64,000 nucleotides of DNA from Peribolospora baueri. Its lineage: Eukaryota. The stretch covers positions 62,001-126,000 of the forward strand of contig JAMDHS010000060.1 in NCBI GenBank assembly GCA_029717555.1, given 5' to 3'. Under the pieces are notes generated by a model, which saw only the letters and a list, made by a program, of their open reading frames with translations, was not told the DNA's origin and made no database searches. The position numbers were made by a program, and so were the translations under genes. Shown piece after piece: positions 34,154 through 45,487 of this stretch. How positions within the stretch are numbered: the stretch's first letter is position 1; every line of letters starts with the position of its first letter.

Positions 34154-37100
34154 TCAGGCCCTACCCGCCCCATCGCGAGCGCCAGGAGAAGGTGCTGGAG
34201 GAGGATGAGGATGATGAGAGGTCCACTCCTCTCCGCTGCCCACCCACCCCAGCTCAGGCCAGGAGAACTGCAGAGCGCCAAGCAAGGCCGACGAGTCGAG
34301 TCCACCGGACGAGGCAGACGCAAAGACGGAGGAGAAGAACGAATGGGGTTGAAGGTCCGAGACAGAGGCCGGGGCGTTACCGCCGGAGGAGGTGGAGGTG
34401 GAGGCTAGGAGCTCTTCAAAGAGCATTATGCTGTCTTGACCTGACCAGTCGAGCATCGCCGGCGCTTGCCCCGTTGCCGACCCCGTCTCACCGTTGGCTG
34501 CCTGAGCACCTATGGATATGGTGCCGGAGGAAAGCGTAGAACCGGGGCCGACTACGCTGTAGCCTCGGTCGTGGTGAGTCGCTTGCATCGTTTGCGGCAC
34601 CGAGGCGACCTGCTGAACTTGATCGCCGCCACCATCGTGTCGCGTTCCGCCTACGCCGGCTTGCCCATTCGCTGAAGTGTCCCCGTTCTCCTGCTGGCCT
34701 ACAGGTCCGGCATCGGCACCGGCAGACGTTGCAGCTGTAGGCGTCTCATAGATGTTCTGGTGCAAGAAGGCTTGCAAATCAAAGTCCAAGCCGGCATCGA
34801 CCAGACCGGAGATGCCGAAGCCGAACGGCGACGGCCCTTCGCCGCTCGCGTTCGAGACGTTGCTGGAAAACCCGTTAGGGGAGATGACGCCGGCTTCTGA
34901 TGCTGAAGACGGCGGCGCGTGGACGGCACCATGGGATTGAGTTTGGGTTTGATCGTTGGCATCAGCCGAGGCTGTACCGGTCGCCTCCTTCGCCGAAATT
35001 TCCTTGCGTGGTGACCCGGACGGCTGGGGTTGCCTTGCTCCGCTGCGTGCCATCTTGGCTGCCCTTTTCGCCCATTGGATGACCATCTCGACGTCGCGGA
35101 TGCTGGAAAAAAAAAAAAAAAAAAAAAAAAAAACGTAAGCCTCAGTCGGTCATCCACCACGTTTTGATAGAGCCCTACTCACTGCGCCATATGTGCATCC
35201 TCATCCGAAATGTCCGGATCCAGATTCTCCACGCTACCTGAAGCGGCAATCTCCTGGTCCAAAGCGCGCGCCACCCATCCCACGCCACCCCAGTAGACGG
35301 CCAGCTTGCGCAGAACGGCCCTGCACGTCTCGCAGTTGGACTCTGCCCAGCTGCGGGAGAGGAGCACAGAAGTGATCTGGCCAGAGCGACCTCCACCGCC
35401 GCTTCCTCCTCCGCCACCGCCACCGGCGGAGCTATCAGCTGCGCTGTTACTGCCATTCATCCCAGACGTGCTCCCAGGAGGCCCGCCTGCAAGTTTTGTC
35501 GGGCCAGGAGTGTTGGACTGGCTGCGGGGGGTAGACAAGGCGTTGGAAGCCGATTCCCGCTCCGCCCTGGCGTCATGGAGTGACCGGAGCGAGGCAAGGC
35601 ACATTCAGTGCAAGACGTCGAAGAGGAAGGAACGCTAATACGCGTGACCTCTTTTTTATCGCAGCAAGCCAGACCCAAGAAGGCGTGAGGAACGGGAAAC
35701 TTACAAGAAGGTCCTTGCGGCGGGCAAGATCAGCTGATCGAGGAAGGGATTGGCGAGATAGCTCTTGTCATCCAGGGCGTCAGAAAGGGCGAGGATGTCG
35801 ACGATGGTCCTCGAAGCGGTGCGCGCCACGTCGAGAGACGTGTCGGGAGGCAAGGCGACGTCCGGAGTGAAGGACTGCAAGAGGGAAGGACGGTGGAGGA
35901 GGGTGATGGTGGACTGGAAGAGGATGTGAAGGAAGATGAACGCCGGGCCTTGTTCCAACGCCGCCGCTCGCTTGAACGATTGGACGCTGGCAAAGGTGCA
36001 AAAGCGTCGGAGAACGAGGTTGACGCGCCCGCTCGACTACCGTCAACAACTAAGGCAGACTAGATTCCGTCTGCCCTCCGAACTCACTTAAAATGCAGCT
36101 CCGGGGGGAGGGTCTCATAGAAGCGAATGAGGTCTGGTAACAGCAGCGACAAAAAGAGGAGGTGTCTCCGCTGAAGATGAGCACGCTCATTCGTCCAGAT
36201 TCACCTCAGCACCTCCCCAACCCACCGTACTGCAACGAGCTGAGGTACATCCTCCGTTCTTCCGTCGTCGCATCCTGGTTCCTCCGAGCGTTGTTGAGCA
36301 TTTCAGAGATGCGTCCGCGGAGCAACAAGATACGGATGAGATGGGCGAAGATGAAAGCGTGCTTGTTCCCCTCGTTGCGCGTCAAGGGCGGGAGAGATAT
36401 TTCGATCTGGTCTTCCGTGACCTGCGAGTCAATGGAGGAGAGGAGAGAGGAAGCACGATAGGAAAAGAAAGAAGGGCGTGAGCAACATTCACACAACCGT
36501 GTTAGCGAGAGGAACAAACTCACCGAAAGGGGTCTGCCCGTACCGAAACCTGTGGCGGAGAGCAGGATCCCATCAGACCGAGCGATGAATGAGCACGACG
36601 CACGCGACATACCGAGCCACCAACACGAGTCGAGTGCGCTCGTCTCAGAGCCGGAACTCACAAATGATTTGATCAAGCATGACGACGCTCCAGAGCGTCA
36701 GCCTGATCCTCTCGCGTTCCCTCTCCACATCCACTGTATCCATCTCCCCACCACCCCCACCGCCACCACCGCGCCCGGCACCGAAACCGGCACTATTCGA
36801 ACCGATGACCACCATCTCCCCAATTGTCTGTTCATGCAAGAGCCCCAAATCCTGCGCCATCCGAATGCTCATCCCGGTCCACATCCAAAGGCCGCTGTCC
36901 GAGCCGGCCCCAAATTCAGACCAGGCAAGCAAGATGAGTGCCTGGATAACCTCAAGGGAGGGCCAGCTGAGCATGGGGACCACGAGCACTTTGGCCATCT
37001 CGCTAAAGGGTTCGCCCGCCGTTTTGATATTCGGAGCTGGACGCAACGGGTGGTGGCCATCTGTGGATGACGAGGCGTCGGCGCTGGCGCGTGCCTTGTT

Positions 37101-39649
37101 GGTGGCCGAGGCGACCCTACTGCAAATCTCAGGTCTGTCGGAGAACCTGGCGGCGATAGCGCATATGGCGTTGGCGAGAATGGCGGGCAAACTGCCCTTC
37201 TCGATGTCTTCCATCGTCTCCTCTCGATACAGCCAAGGGAACTGGCATCCAAAGGACTGGAAGAAGACTTCGGCAAGGTGGCGCAGCACCGGCTTGACCG
37301 GGTAACGAGGTCGATCAGGCTCGAAAAGGTGGTGGGTGGAGGAAGAAACGGAGGAGGTGTCAGTCATCGCTGGCGAAGAGGCGCTTGCGACGCCGCCGCC
37401 AGAGCCGGTTGGATCCTCCGAATTAGCGGGAGGACAAGAGGCCGGAGGCGCCTGTGCCCTCGGCCCCCGCGTCGTCGTAGCCTTCTCCTTGGCACGCTTC
37501 CTCTTTTCGCCAAGTCCGCCAGCCGCGAACCAGGTCCCCGCCGCATCCTCCCAAGAGCGCGGATCTGGGCCTAGACGCGACTTTGCCCATCCAGGACGGG
37601 GCAAAGCAGTGGTAATTGGCGCGTCTGCTCCCGCTCCTCCGACTCCTCCTCCTCGAATCAAGTTCACCATTCCTTCTTCCTTTTCGGTCTCCTCAGGATC
37701 CACGGCCGCCTCCCGAAGCACGCCGACCTTGATTCGCCGGTACCCAGGCGTGTTGGCCGTGGTGCCGAACCACCGGAAGAATGGCAGACAGAGTCGCTTG
37801 CTGCCGCTACCGCCGGCGGCCTTCAGATCCCCTGTCGCGGACGCGTTCGGCGCCTTCGACGTCATCGGTCGCGCGGTAAAGGGATGAGAGTCATTCGCCT
37901 CATTCCCGTCTCGTTTTCCAAGCTCATGTCCCTCCTCTATCTTCTCAGCCCTTGAGATCGACACCAAGTTGGTATCCTTTCTGTTGACCCTGTCCCCCTT
38001 CCCCACGTCGTTGTCAGAGCCTTTCTCGGAAGGGGCGGCTAGCCTCGCTAGCGCCGAAGGAGAAGGAGAGGACGAATGGTTCGTGCGAGGGTCATGACGT
38101 TGGTGGCCATATCCGTCCTCGACGACGTCCTCGTCTCGAGAACCGGAAGAACGGAAAGAGACGGCCTTGCCTCCCTTCTCACCGGCGGACGGGTCAGCTT
38201 GCGAACGTGAGCGAGATCGATCCTGGAAATGAGGGTGAGACTGGGACAAAGACGGGGATTGGGAAGAGGAGAACGGCGAAGGTGGGCGGCCGTTTCTGCC
38301 TCTTCCTCGGCCATGATCGCCGCGTTCCTTTTGCATATGTCCGCGCAAGTTCGAGTGCCAGGAGGTGGAGGAATGAGTATGGGGATCGAGCGATGGTAAA
38401 CGGTGTTGCGGAGAGCTGGCGAGAGGAGGAGCCGGACCTGGGCCTCCGATAGAAAAGGATAGTCTCGCAAACGGGTACGAAGGGCTCGTTGCGGAGCTGT
38501 AGCCGTCGGTGGGATGGTGTTGAATGGTCTGACTGTGAGTAGACATCTGCAAAGGAGGAGAGTGACCGTGGGATGGAGAGAGGGACAAGTCGAGGGCGGG
38601 GAAGGTGGAGCGGAGGGAAGGTAGAGGCTGCATGGATGGGGGGAAGCTTAGAGGCGGTGAGCCCTGAGACCCTCCCGAATCTACAGGACTGTGGAGAGGA
38701 GGATGACCGAAAGAAGGTGGGCCTTGACCGGTCGCCGAGGGGGCATGAGAAGGAGGGGGCATATAGGGCTCGACGGGTGGCGCAGTTAGTACATACGTAG
38801 ACGTCGCGGGGATTGGCCCTGCGTCGCCTCGTGGATTGGGGACTCCGCCATCGACGCGCGAAGAGAGGTAAGGGTGGAGCTGAGCATCGTGGAACCACTC
38901 GGTCTTTCGCCGTCCGTTGGCGAGGTCGTGTGAAGAAGAAGAAGAAGAGGAGGAGGAGGAGGAGGAAGAAGAAGCAGTGGATGAAGACGCAGCTGCTTGC
39001 CCCAAGCCTGCAAGAGCAGGCAAGGCGGACGGCGGGGCGAGGTGATCGGGGTTGGCCATGAGGTAGTGCTTGGCCCTGGATCTTGCGTCGGACCGTCTTC
39101 TCTTCCCTAGGTGCTGGCCCTGCTCTTTCCCTTTCTCTCCTTCCTCCGTCTTCTCTTCCCCGTCATCGGCCGTCGAGTCGGTCCGAGGAGAACGACGCTT
39201 GGGCGAAGGAACATAGTCGGGGAAGCGGGCAGCGCGGAGGGAAGGGGTGAGGTCGTCGACACGGAAAACGCACGTCTTGCCCGAGGCGGCGCAGTTGTCA
39301 CAGTACGGCCTGATCGGGTCGAGCCTGCATTTGATCTGCAAGGACGACCGACAGACGGGAGGTCAGCGAACCGTGGGCGGGGCGGTCCCCCGAAAAGGCG
39401 TCCCGGAAGAGGAGAGACGCGACCGCTCACCTTCTTTGCTCGACTGCCGACGGGGGAACGCTTGCAACGAAGATCAGCCTTCCTCCTTAACTCGACTAGC
39501 GTCCCAGCCGCCCTGTGTCGTCGTGCTCAAGCGTGGTCCATCGCGCGTTGAACTCACCAAGGCTCGCAAGCGCTAATCGGCCTCGTCCGCCTCTTCGCGC
39601 CAAAAGGGCAAGGGCGTGCGGCAGCCTGGCCGGCGGTGCATTCGTCCAT
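34154..39649 (-). CDS. Zn(II)2Cys6 binuclear-cluster transcription factor with fungal-specific TF domain, multi-exon
   Basis: Spliced ACEPC|RAKK|IKCRLDPIRPYCDNCAASGKTC (13-nt micro-exon at 39431-39443). Middle-homology region FFQSFGCQFPWL..LEVIQALILLAWSEFG..GMSIRMAQDLGL..RIRLTLWSVVMLDQII|SFGTGRP. Confidence 0.92.
35107..35133. repeat. A27 homopolymer (T27 polypyrimidine tract of the last intron of the Zn-cluster gene)
   Basis: 27 consecutive A on the + strand, immediately before the CCAG acceptor on the - strand. Confidence 0.9.
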
Positions 39650-40379
39650 GGACGCGGGCGATTGGGCGGAGACGCTGACTGACTTGGATACGGGAGTGAG
39701 GATGTGAAGGGGGATGGGACGAGGGTGGCGGTGGAGAGCAAGTGAACGGCCGTGCAGGGGAATCGACGTCGACATACGACGACCGAGCAAGTTTGTGGGG
39801 AAGGCAAAGCGGAGAGGACAATACAAGATTTCTAAAGCCGCATTTAGGCCAAGGGTATTGGATTGCTGCGGTACGCTAAGTGCACCTGGCTCTACCCGCT
39901 CGGCTACCTCTGCCAGACACTACTACACCACGACGGATCCAGGGCTCAGGGCCGGGGCAGGCAAGCACGGGGAAGGAGGACGCAACGAGGAGATCGTCCA
40001 ACTCGCGGACTACGAACGAACGATTCTGACACGCGCACAACGACGTAGGGAGCCATCTTTCGCTTCGTGCTTCAGCTCCTCGCGTTTCGCTTGGCAAGCC
40101 GTGTCTCTAGCGATCGACACCAGCAGGCGACGACGACGACGACAAAGGTGTGGTAAATCTCGACGTGCGCTCGCCAGGTATTGTATTCGCCATCAAGGGA
40201 GGTCCCGGGATCCACAAGAAAGGGTTCGGTAGAGGAGAGGAGAGGAGACAAATCCTGCGTCGTCACAACAGCCCGATCGACGGGCGTCGTCTCCCACCCG
40301 TCCCGCGAGCGACACCAACAAAGCTTCGTGGACGAACGGAGGAGGCGGACGGGTGACTGTCGAAGGCGACGAGCGACGA

Positions 40380-42660
40380 TCATCCGGAATGCTCGACGAT
40401 AGTGGTGACAAGCTTTCCATCCTTGACGACAGTCTTGAGCTGCTCGGGGATATTCCTCTCCTCAAACTCGCCTTCCTCGCCTCCCTCGACGGGCAGGCTG
40501 ACGTTGATCGCGCTGCACTTGGCCGTCACGATCTCGGCGTCGAGGCTGTCCTTGGAGAGGAAGATCTGTCCAGAGTCGGTCGAGTCAATGAGGATGGTAG
40601 GCACCTTGCCGAGGATCTGCACGGTGAAGGAAGGCGAGTTTGTGATTTCTAGGGAGGAGACGACAGATTCGAGCAAGACGGCCGTCTTTGTGCAAGAGGC
40701 TAGACAGATGACAAGAAAGAAAGAGCGGAAGACGGACAAAGGAATGCGTCAGCACGCGGGACGCGAGAAAAACCGGCGGCCAGCGGAGGGGGAACGAGGC
40801 AAGTCCAACGGACCGATGGAAATGGCATTGACTTTGCCCTTGACCTGAATGACAGAGTTCTTGCAGCCAAAGATGTTGACGCTGTGATTGAGCTCGGTGT
40901 CCTCGATGATGACGGCTCGGTCGTCCTCGAAATGTTCCTGAGGAAGTCACGGGCATCGAAGAGAGAATTGAGGATATCCTATCTTGCCGTTCCGCTCCTG
41001 ACCTCACCCATATGGCCAGCCATCCCTTCGAACGATACACGTGCACTCACGACGGCCCACTTGCTACCCTCCAACTGCTTCTTCGGCGGCTTCTTCACCC
41101 GGAAGGAAGCCGGTTTGGCGGGTCGCGCCGGCGGCTTCTTAGACGAAGAGGAAGAAGACTGCTGCGAATGGGCGGCCTTGCCTCGTAGCTCGGGGTTCTT
41201 GTGTGTCATCTGACCTGGGTCCACCTTTCTCAGCCCCTTGGAGATGGTTTCGCCCTGGTTCAGCTGTGCGAATACGGAGGCCATGTCGCCTCCACCGGGA
41301 GCAGGCGCGGCCGGGGTGGAGAAGTCGGTCATGACCGGGGGCGGAGGAGGCGGCGGCGGCGGGCCGCTGGCGGGAGGCGCTGGCGCAGCAGGCGCAGAAG
41401 AAGAAGCTTTGGAGAGGTAGGACTCGAGATCGTCGCCCTAGGAGCGAGAGAAGTGTCCGTGGGTGAGCCACAAGCGGCCTCGCTTCGTTTCCGGATTGGC
41501 TCAGCTCACCCTTGGATTCCACATCAGTCCGGTTGTGTGGAACTTCATGATGTACTGGCGGAGATCGTCGAGGAGCTTGGCGTAGCTTCGCGTCCACTCC
41601 ACGTGCTTCTTGTCGCTGGCGAGACCGGGGACGCAGACAGAGCGACGACGAGCGAGGTTTGTTCGTGAACATGAAGAGATGCCCCGCGGTGGAGGACGAG
41701 TAGAAGGTCGACGTACATGTCCTTGTACTCCTTGATCACGCGGTTGGCGTAAAACTGCGCCGCGTCTTTCATCTCGGCGACGAAAGGGCCAGGTTTGGGT
41801 TCCTGCACGCACAAACGACAAGAACAGAGATCGACGTCGGCGCCCTGCTGGTGTAGGTCACCTTTCGTAGAGCATGAGGGCATGCTGCTCACCACCTGCA
41901 CCCATCCGAGGGCGGGAATGCCCTCGCTGACGGTGCTCAAATGGTTGAACAACTTGCTCGGCCGGTTCCTGTCGCGCAACTCGGTGATCTTACCAATGTT
42001 CTCCTGGAAGGGCTCGAGCAATTTCATAAGCGGAGCCGCGGCAGGCTCCTTGGGCTTTTGGGCCTTGGACGCGGCTTTGAGAAGGTCTCTTTGAGCGCCA
42101 AACAGGGCTAGGACGAGGTCGGCCTGGGGGATGGTGAAAGGGTAGGGGAAAGGATGGGAGAGATGAAGGACGAGGACGAGGTGGGAGGGAGAGAGGGTGG
42201 AAATCCAAAGAGGACTGGGCACTCAACCTGCTCCTCTACGAGACCTCCAATCTCCTTGCTCAGCCGGCCAAATTCCTTGACGCTCTCTCCTACCATCTCG
42301 TCGTATCCGACCACAGCCGGCGCGTCCTCGTCCACGACCGGGACGGGGACAGGGACGGGGGCGGGGTCAAAAGCGACAGGCGAGGTGACGGTGACGACGG
42401 AGGAGGAGGGAACGATACCTGCGCCGACCTCAGACGTGGGCTTCATGAGCGCCGCCGAGCTCTGGGCGAGGGCAATGTCCTCGAGGCGGGACGTGGCCGC
42501 TTCCAGTCTGGTACGCGGGCCGGGAAGGGAGGGAGTGAAGTGAGCGGTGATCGCGATAGCCGCCGGCACGCTGCGCTGTGCTGGCCCCTGCCTTGCTCAC
42601 TCACCGCTTGATCAGCGTCTGGAGGTTGCCGACGCCTTGCTGCGGGATGGACGAAGCCAT
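40380..42660 (-). CDS. SRV2: Adenylyl cyclase-associated protein (CAP/Srv2), multi-exon
   Basis: LQTLIKR|LEAATSRLEDIA, FNHLSTVSEGIPALGWV, AAQFYANRVIKEYK, polyproline tract, WH2-like VFAQLNQGETISKGLRKV..MTHKNPELR and C-terminal IVTAKCSAINV..IPEQLKT..VEHSG*. Confidence 0.97.
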
Positions 42661-44039
42661 GGTTGTGAAGCGTTGAGAGGTGTGGCTGAAGGACAAGGGC
42701 TGGGTTGGTGTGGGTGTCCGTGTAGGAGCCAAGTCGAACGGCGAGGCGAGCATGCTCAGCCGGAAGGTCTCCAGGCACGACGTCGCCGACCTCGGACGGT
42801 GATCGCCGCGCTTCGCCGCCGGGCCTCGTTCGGGGCCCGCACGGGCCAAGGGAAGGAAAGAGAGACATATTACTGTACATACCGTCTTGGAGACGATCGC
42901 CTCGCTGAGGGAAGGGAAGGGTCAAGTCGACGGGGGATGCACGCGGATACACGGTGGAAGGTGGTGTAGCGGACGACGGGCGGGTGGGGCAACTTTCTTC
43001 TCCAAATCCCATCGTGAGCCGTCTCGTGGACCGCTTCCTTTCTGTCTGTTCGCGACTCCTGAGCACGGTAAAGGAGCGCACGTCTACAATTGTTCAAAGA
43101 GGCTCATTCATTGCAACGGTGAAAGAAGATCGCTGGATGCAGCTGGCCGACGGTGGGCGGTCAAGATGGCCGGCCGCCAGCCGTTCCGTTTGGCGACTCT
43201 GCTCGCAATCTACAAAAGGCGCCCGTCGCCTCCCACGTTTCCGTCGCTCTTTCAAGTCGACGACGGCGACGACAGCTCCGCCTCTCCTCCGTCGTGCGCG
43301 ACCAGGTGAGATGGCGGGCTTCGAGCCTGTGCTGGGGCGGTGATTGGAGACCGACCGAGCCTGCGCTGGGGAAGTGAGTGGAGACGGACGGGAGCTATGG
43401 ATGTGGACGTGAGACGATGGCGCCTCGACGAAGCGTCGACGAAGCGTCGACGAGTCGGCAGGTCTTGCGTCTTCGTCTCCGCCTCGATGTCGGACATGAC
43501 GGTGACGGGGTCCGATGGAGAGATAGATATCCGCGACCAGCCGTGATGTAGGAAGGAGGCGAGGACGGGCGGCAGTCGTATATACACACGAGAAGGCAAC
43601 GTGGAGGAAGAGAGAGGAGAGGAAGATGAACGGGCGGCGAAGACGTTTGGCGTTGTTCGCGAGCGGGGGTTTGCCGGCGCCCTCAGACGTCCGTCTTGGC
43701 TGTCCCTCCTTTGACTGCATACCCTGTCGAGCGTGAGGCGAGGCGAGGCGGCAGGTGTCAGTAACTGAGCGTCAGTGTGCACGGACTGGACGGCGACGAC
43801 GTGGATGGAGTTCACCTGCTCGGCAGACGCCTGCCGCTGGAGGACGAGCATGGGCGGATGAGGATGGGTGAGCGCACTCGAAGTGGGCGCAGAAGGAAGG
43901 AGGGAAAGAAAGAGGGAAGACGCACGACAGCCACAATCATCCTTCTTGGGACACGCGACCTTTGCCTCGCTCCTTCGGCACTCGCCAGAGGAGCAGCTAC
44001 AGTCTGCGGCGGCGGCGCAAAGGGGAAGGAGAAGGTGAG

Positions 44040-44759
44040 CGTCGACTCGTTCGACTCGTTCAACTCGTTCGACTCGTTCGACTCACTCGGCCAAACACCA
44101 CAGGTCTGCTTCGCGATACACTTGTCGACCGTCGTGGGCGGGCCGGGGGGCTTTAGGGCGGCCGTTTGGACGCATTCGCAGCTGGGAAAGAGAACGAGGG
44201 AAGGAAATCGGAGGGAAAGAAATGGAGCAAAGGTTGGTCGGTGGGTGGGTGAAAAGGAAAAGGAAGGTCGCTCGCTCGCTCACTTGACCCTGCAAATGAC
44301 AGTGGGATGGTGCTCGGGCTCCTCCTCCATGCTATCTTATGCTATGTTATGTTGTGTTGTGATGTGCCCAGGCGAGCCAAGGCTTTTTTCTTTGTCCTGT
44401 CCGTCCGTCTGCTGCCTTTTTTTTTTCGGTTCTGACCTGGTCTTGTTCTGTCCGTTCGTCCGTTCGTCTATCTGATCGTTTGTCTGTCTGTCTGCCTGCC
44501 CGCGTGTGTGTGTGTGTGTTCGCGTGTTCGTGTAGGTGCCGCCTTTCCTGCCTCTGGACGTCGTTTCGTAGACGTCGGTGGGGGAGAAGACGGATGGCGA
44601 GGACGTCAGACGTGCGTGTAATCGCCGCTTGCTTGCCTGCTTGCCTGCTTGCTTGCTTGCTTCGCTCACGGAGACGAGACGAGACGGGCTTGGTATGCTC
44701 TGGGTGGGGGAGCGACGTGGAAGGGAGGTTTCTCTCACGTACAAAGTCCAACCAGGCGA

Positions 44760-44793
<34 letters not shown>

Positions 44794-45400
44794 CGGACAT
44801 GCTTGACATGCTGACACAGCGAACTGAACCGACGCCGCCTCTGATCTCATCCCATCTCATCTCATCTCATCCCATCCCATCCCATCTCATCATCTCATCT
44901 ACATCTCATCAGCCGCGCCGCGTAACCCTAAAACTCGAGCTCGAGCTGATTCAGCACCCAAGGTCGGGTCGATGTAGAACAAAATCCGATTCGATTTGGC
45001 ATTTTGGCTTGGCTTTGAATTGATTGATTGATTGAGAGTGAGTGAGGGTAACGATGATGATGACGATGATGATGATGATGATGAGCTACGACGAAAACCA
45101 ATGTACGAATGTACGAAGGATGGAAGGATGGAAGGATGGAAGGAAAGAGCGGGGGAGCGAGGAAAAGGATGCGCGCAAGAAACGATACGATGAAGAGGGT
45201 AGGAAGAATTGATTTTTTGTCCCTTCGGCTTTGGCTTCGGCTTCGGCTTTGGCTTTGGTTTGCTCGAGTCCGGTCGCCGAAGGGGATTGTCTTGGAGGGG
45301 ACGAGGATGAACGAACGAATGAATGACTGACTGAATGGATGGATGGATGAGATGCGACGGTAGATAAGAGACACAAGATAGAGAGGGAGATGGGGTGATA
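44040..45400. repeat. Microsatellite-dense non-coding tract (3' flank of the Ecl1-like gene)
   Basis: (TTCGACTCG)n at 44041-44085, (TG)n near 44504, (TTGC)n near 44630, (AGAC)7 at 44762-44789, (CATCT/CATCC)n at 44845-44910, (GAT)n at 45052-45083 and (GGAAGGAT-like)n near 45115. Confidence 0.85.
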
Positions 45401-45487
45401 GAGATGGACGATGGAGTGGGGAAGGAAGGAAGGGAGGAAGCGATGGCAAGGGGAAGGAATGCAAGACTTCGCTCGACGACCGGCCGA

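Noticed and set aside
44041..44085. Short direct repeats resembling a CRISPR or telomeric array
   Set aside because: These are simple tandem 9-mers with no spacers, in a eukaryotic context, and not TTAGGG.
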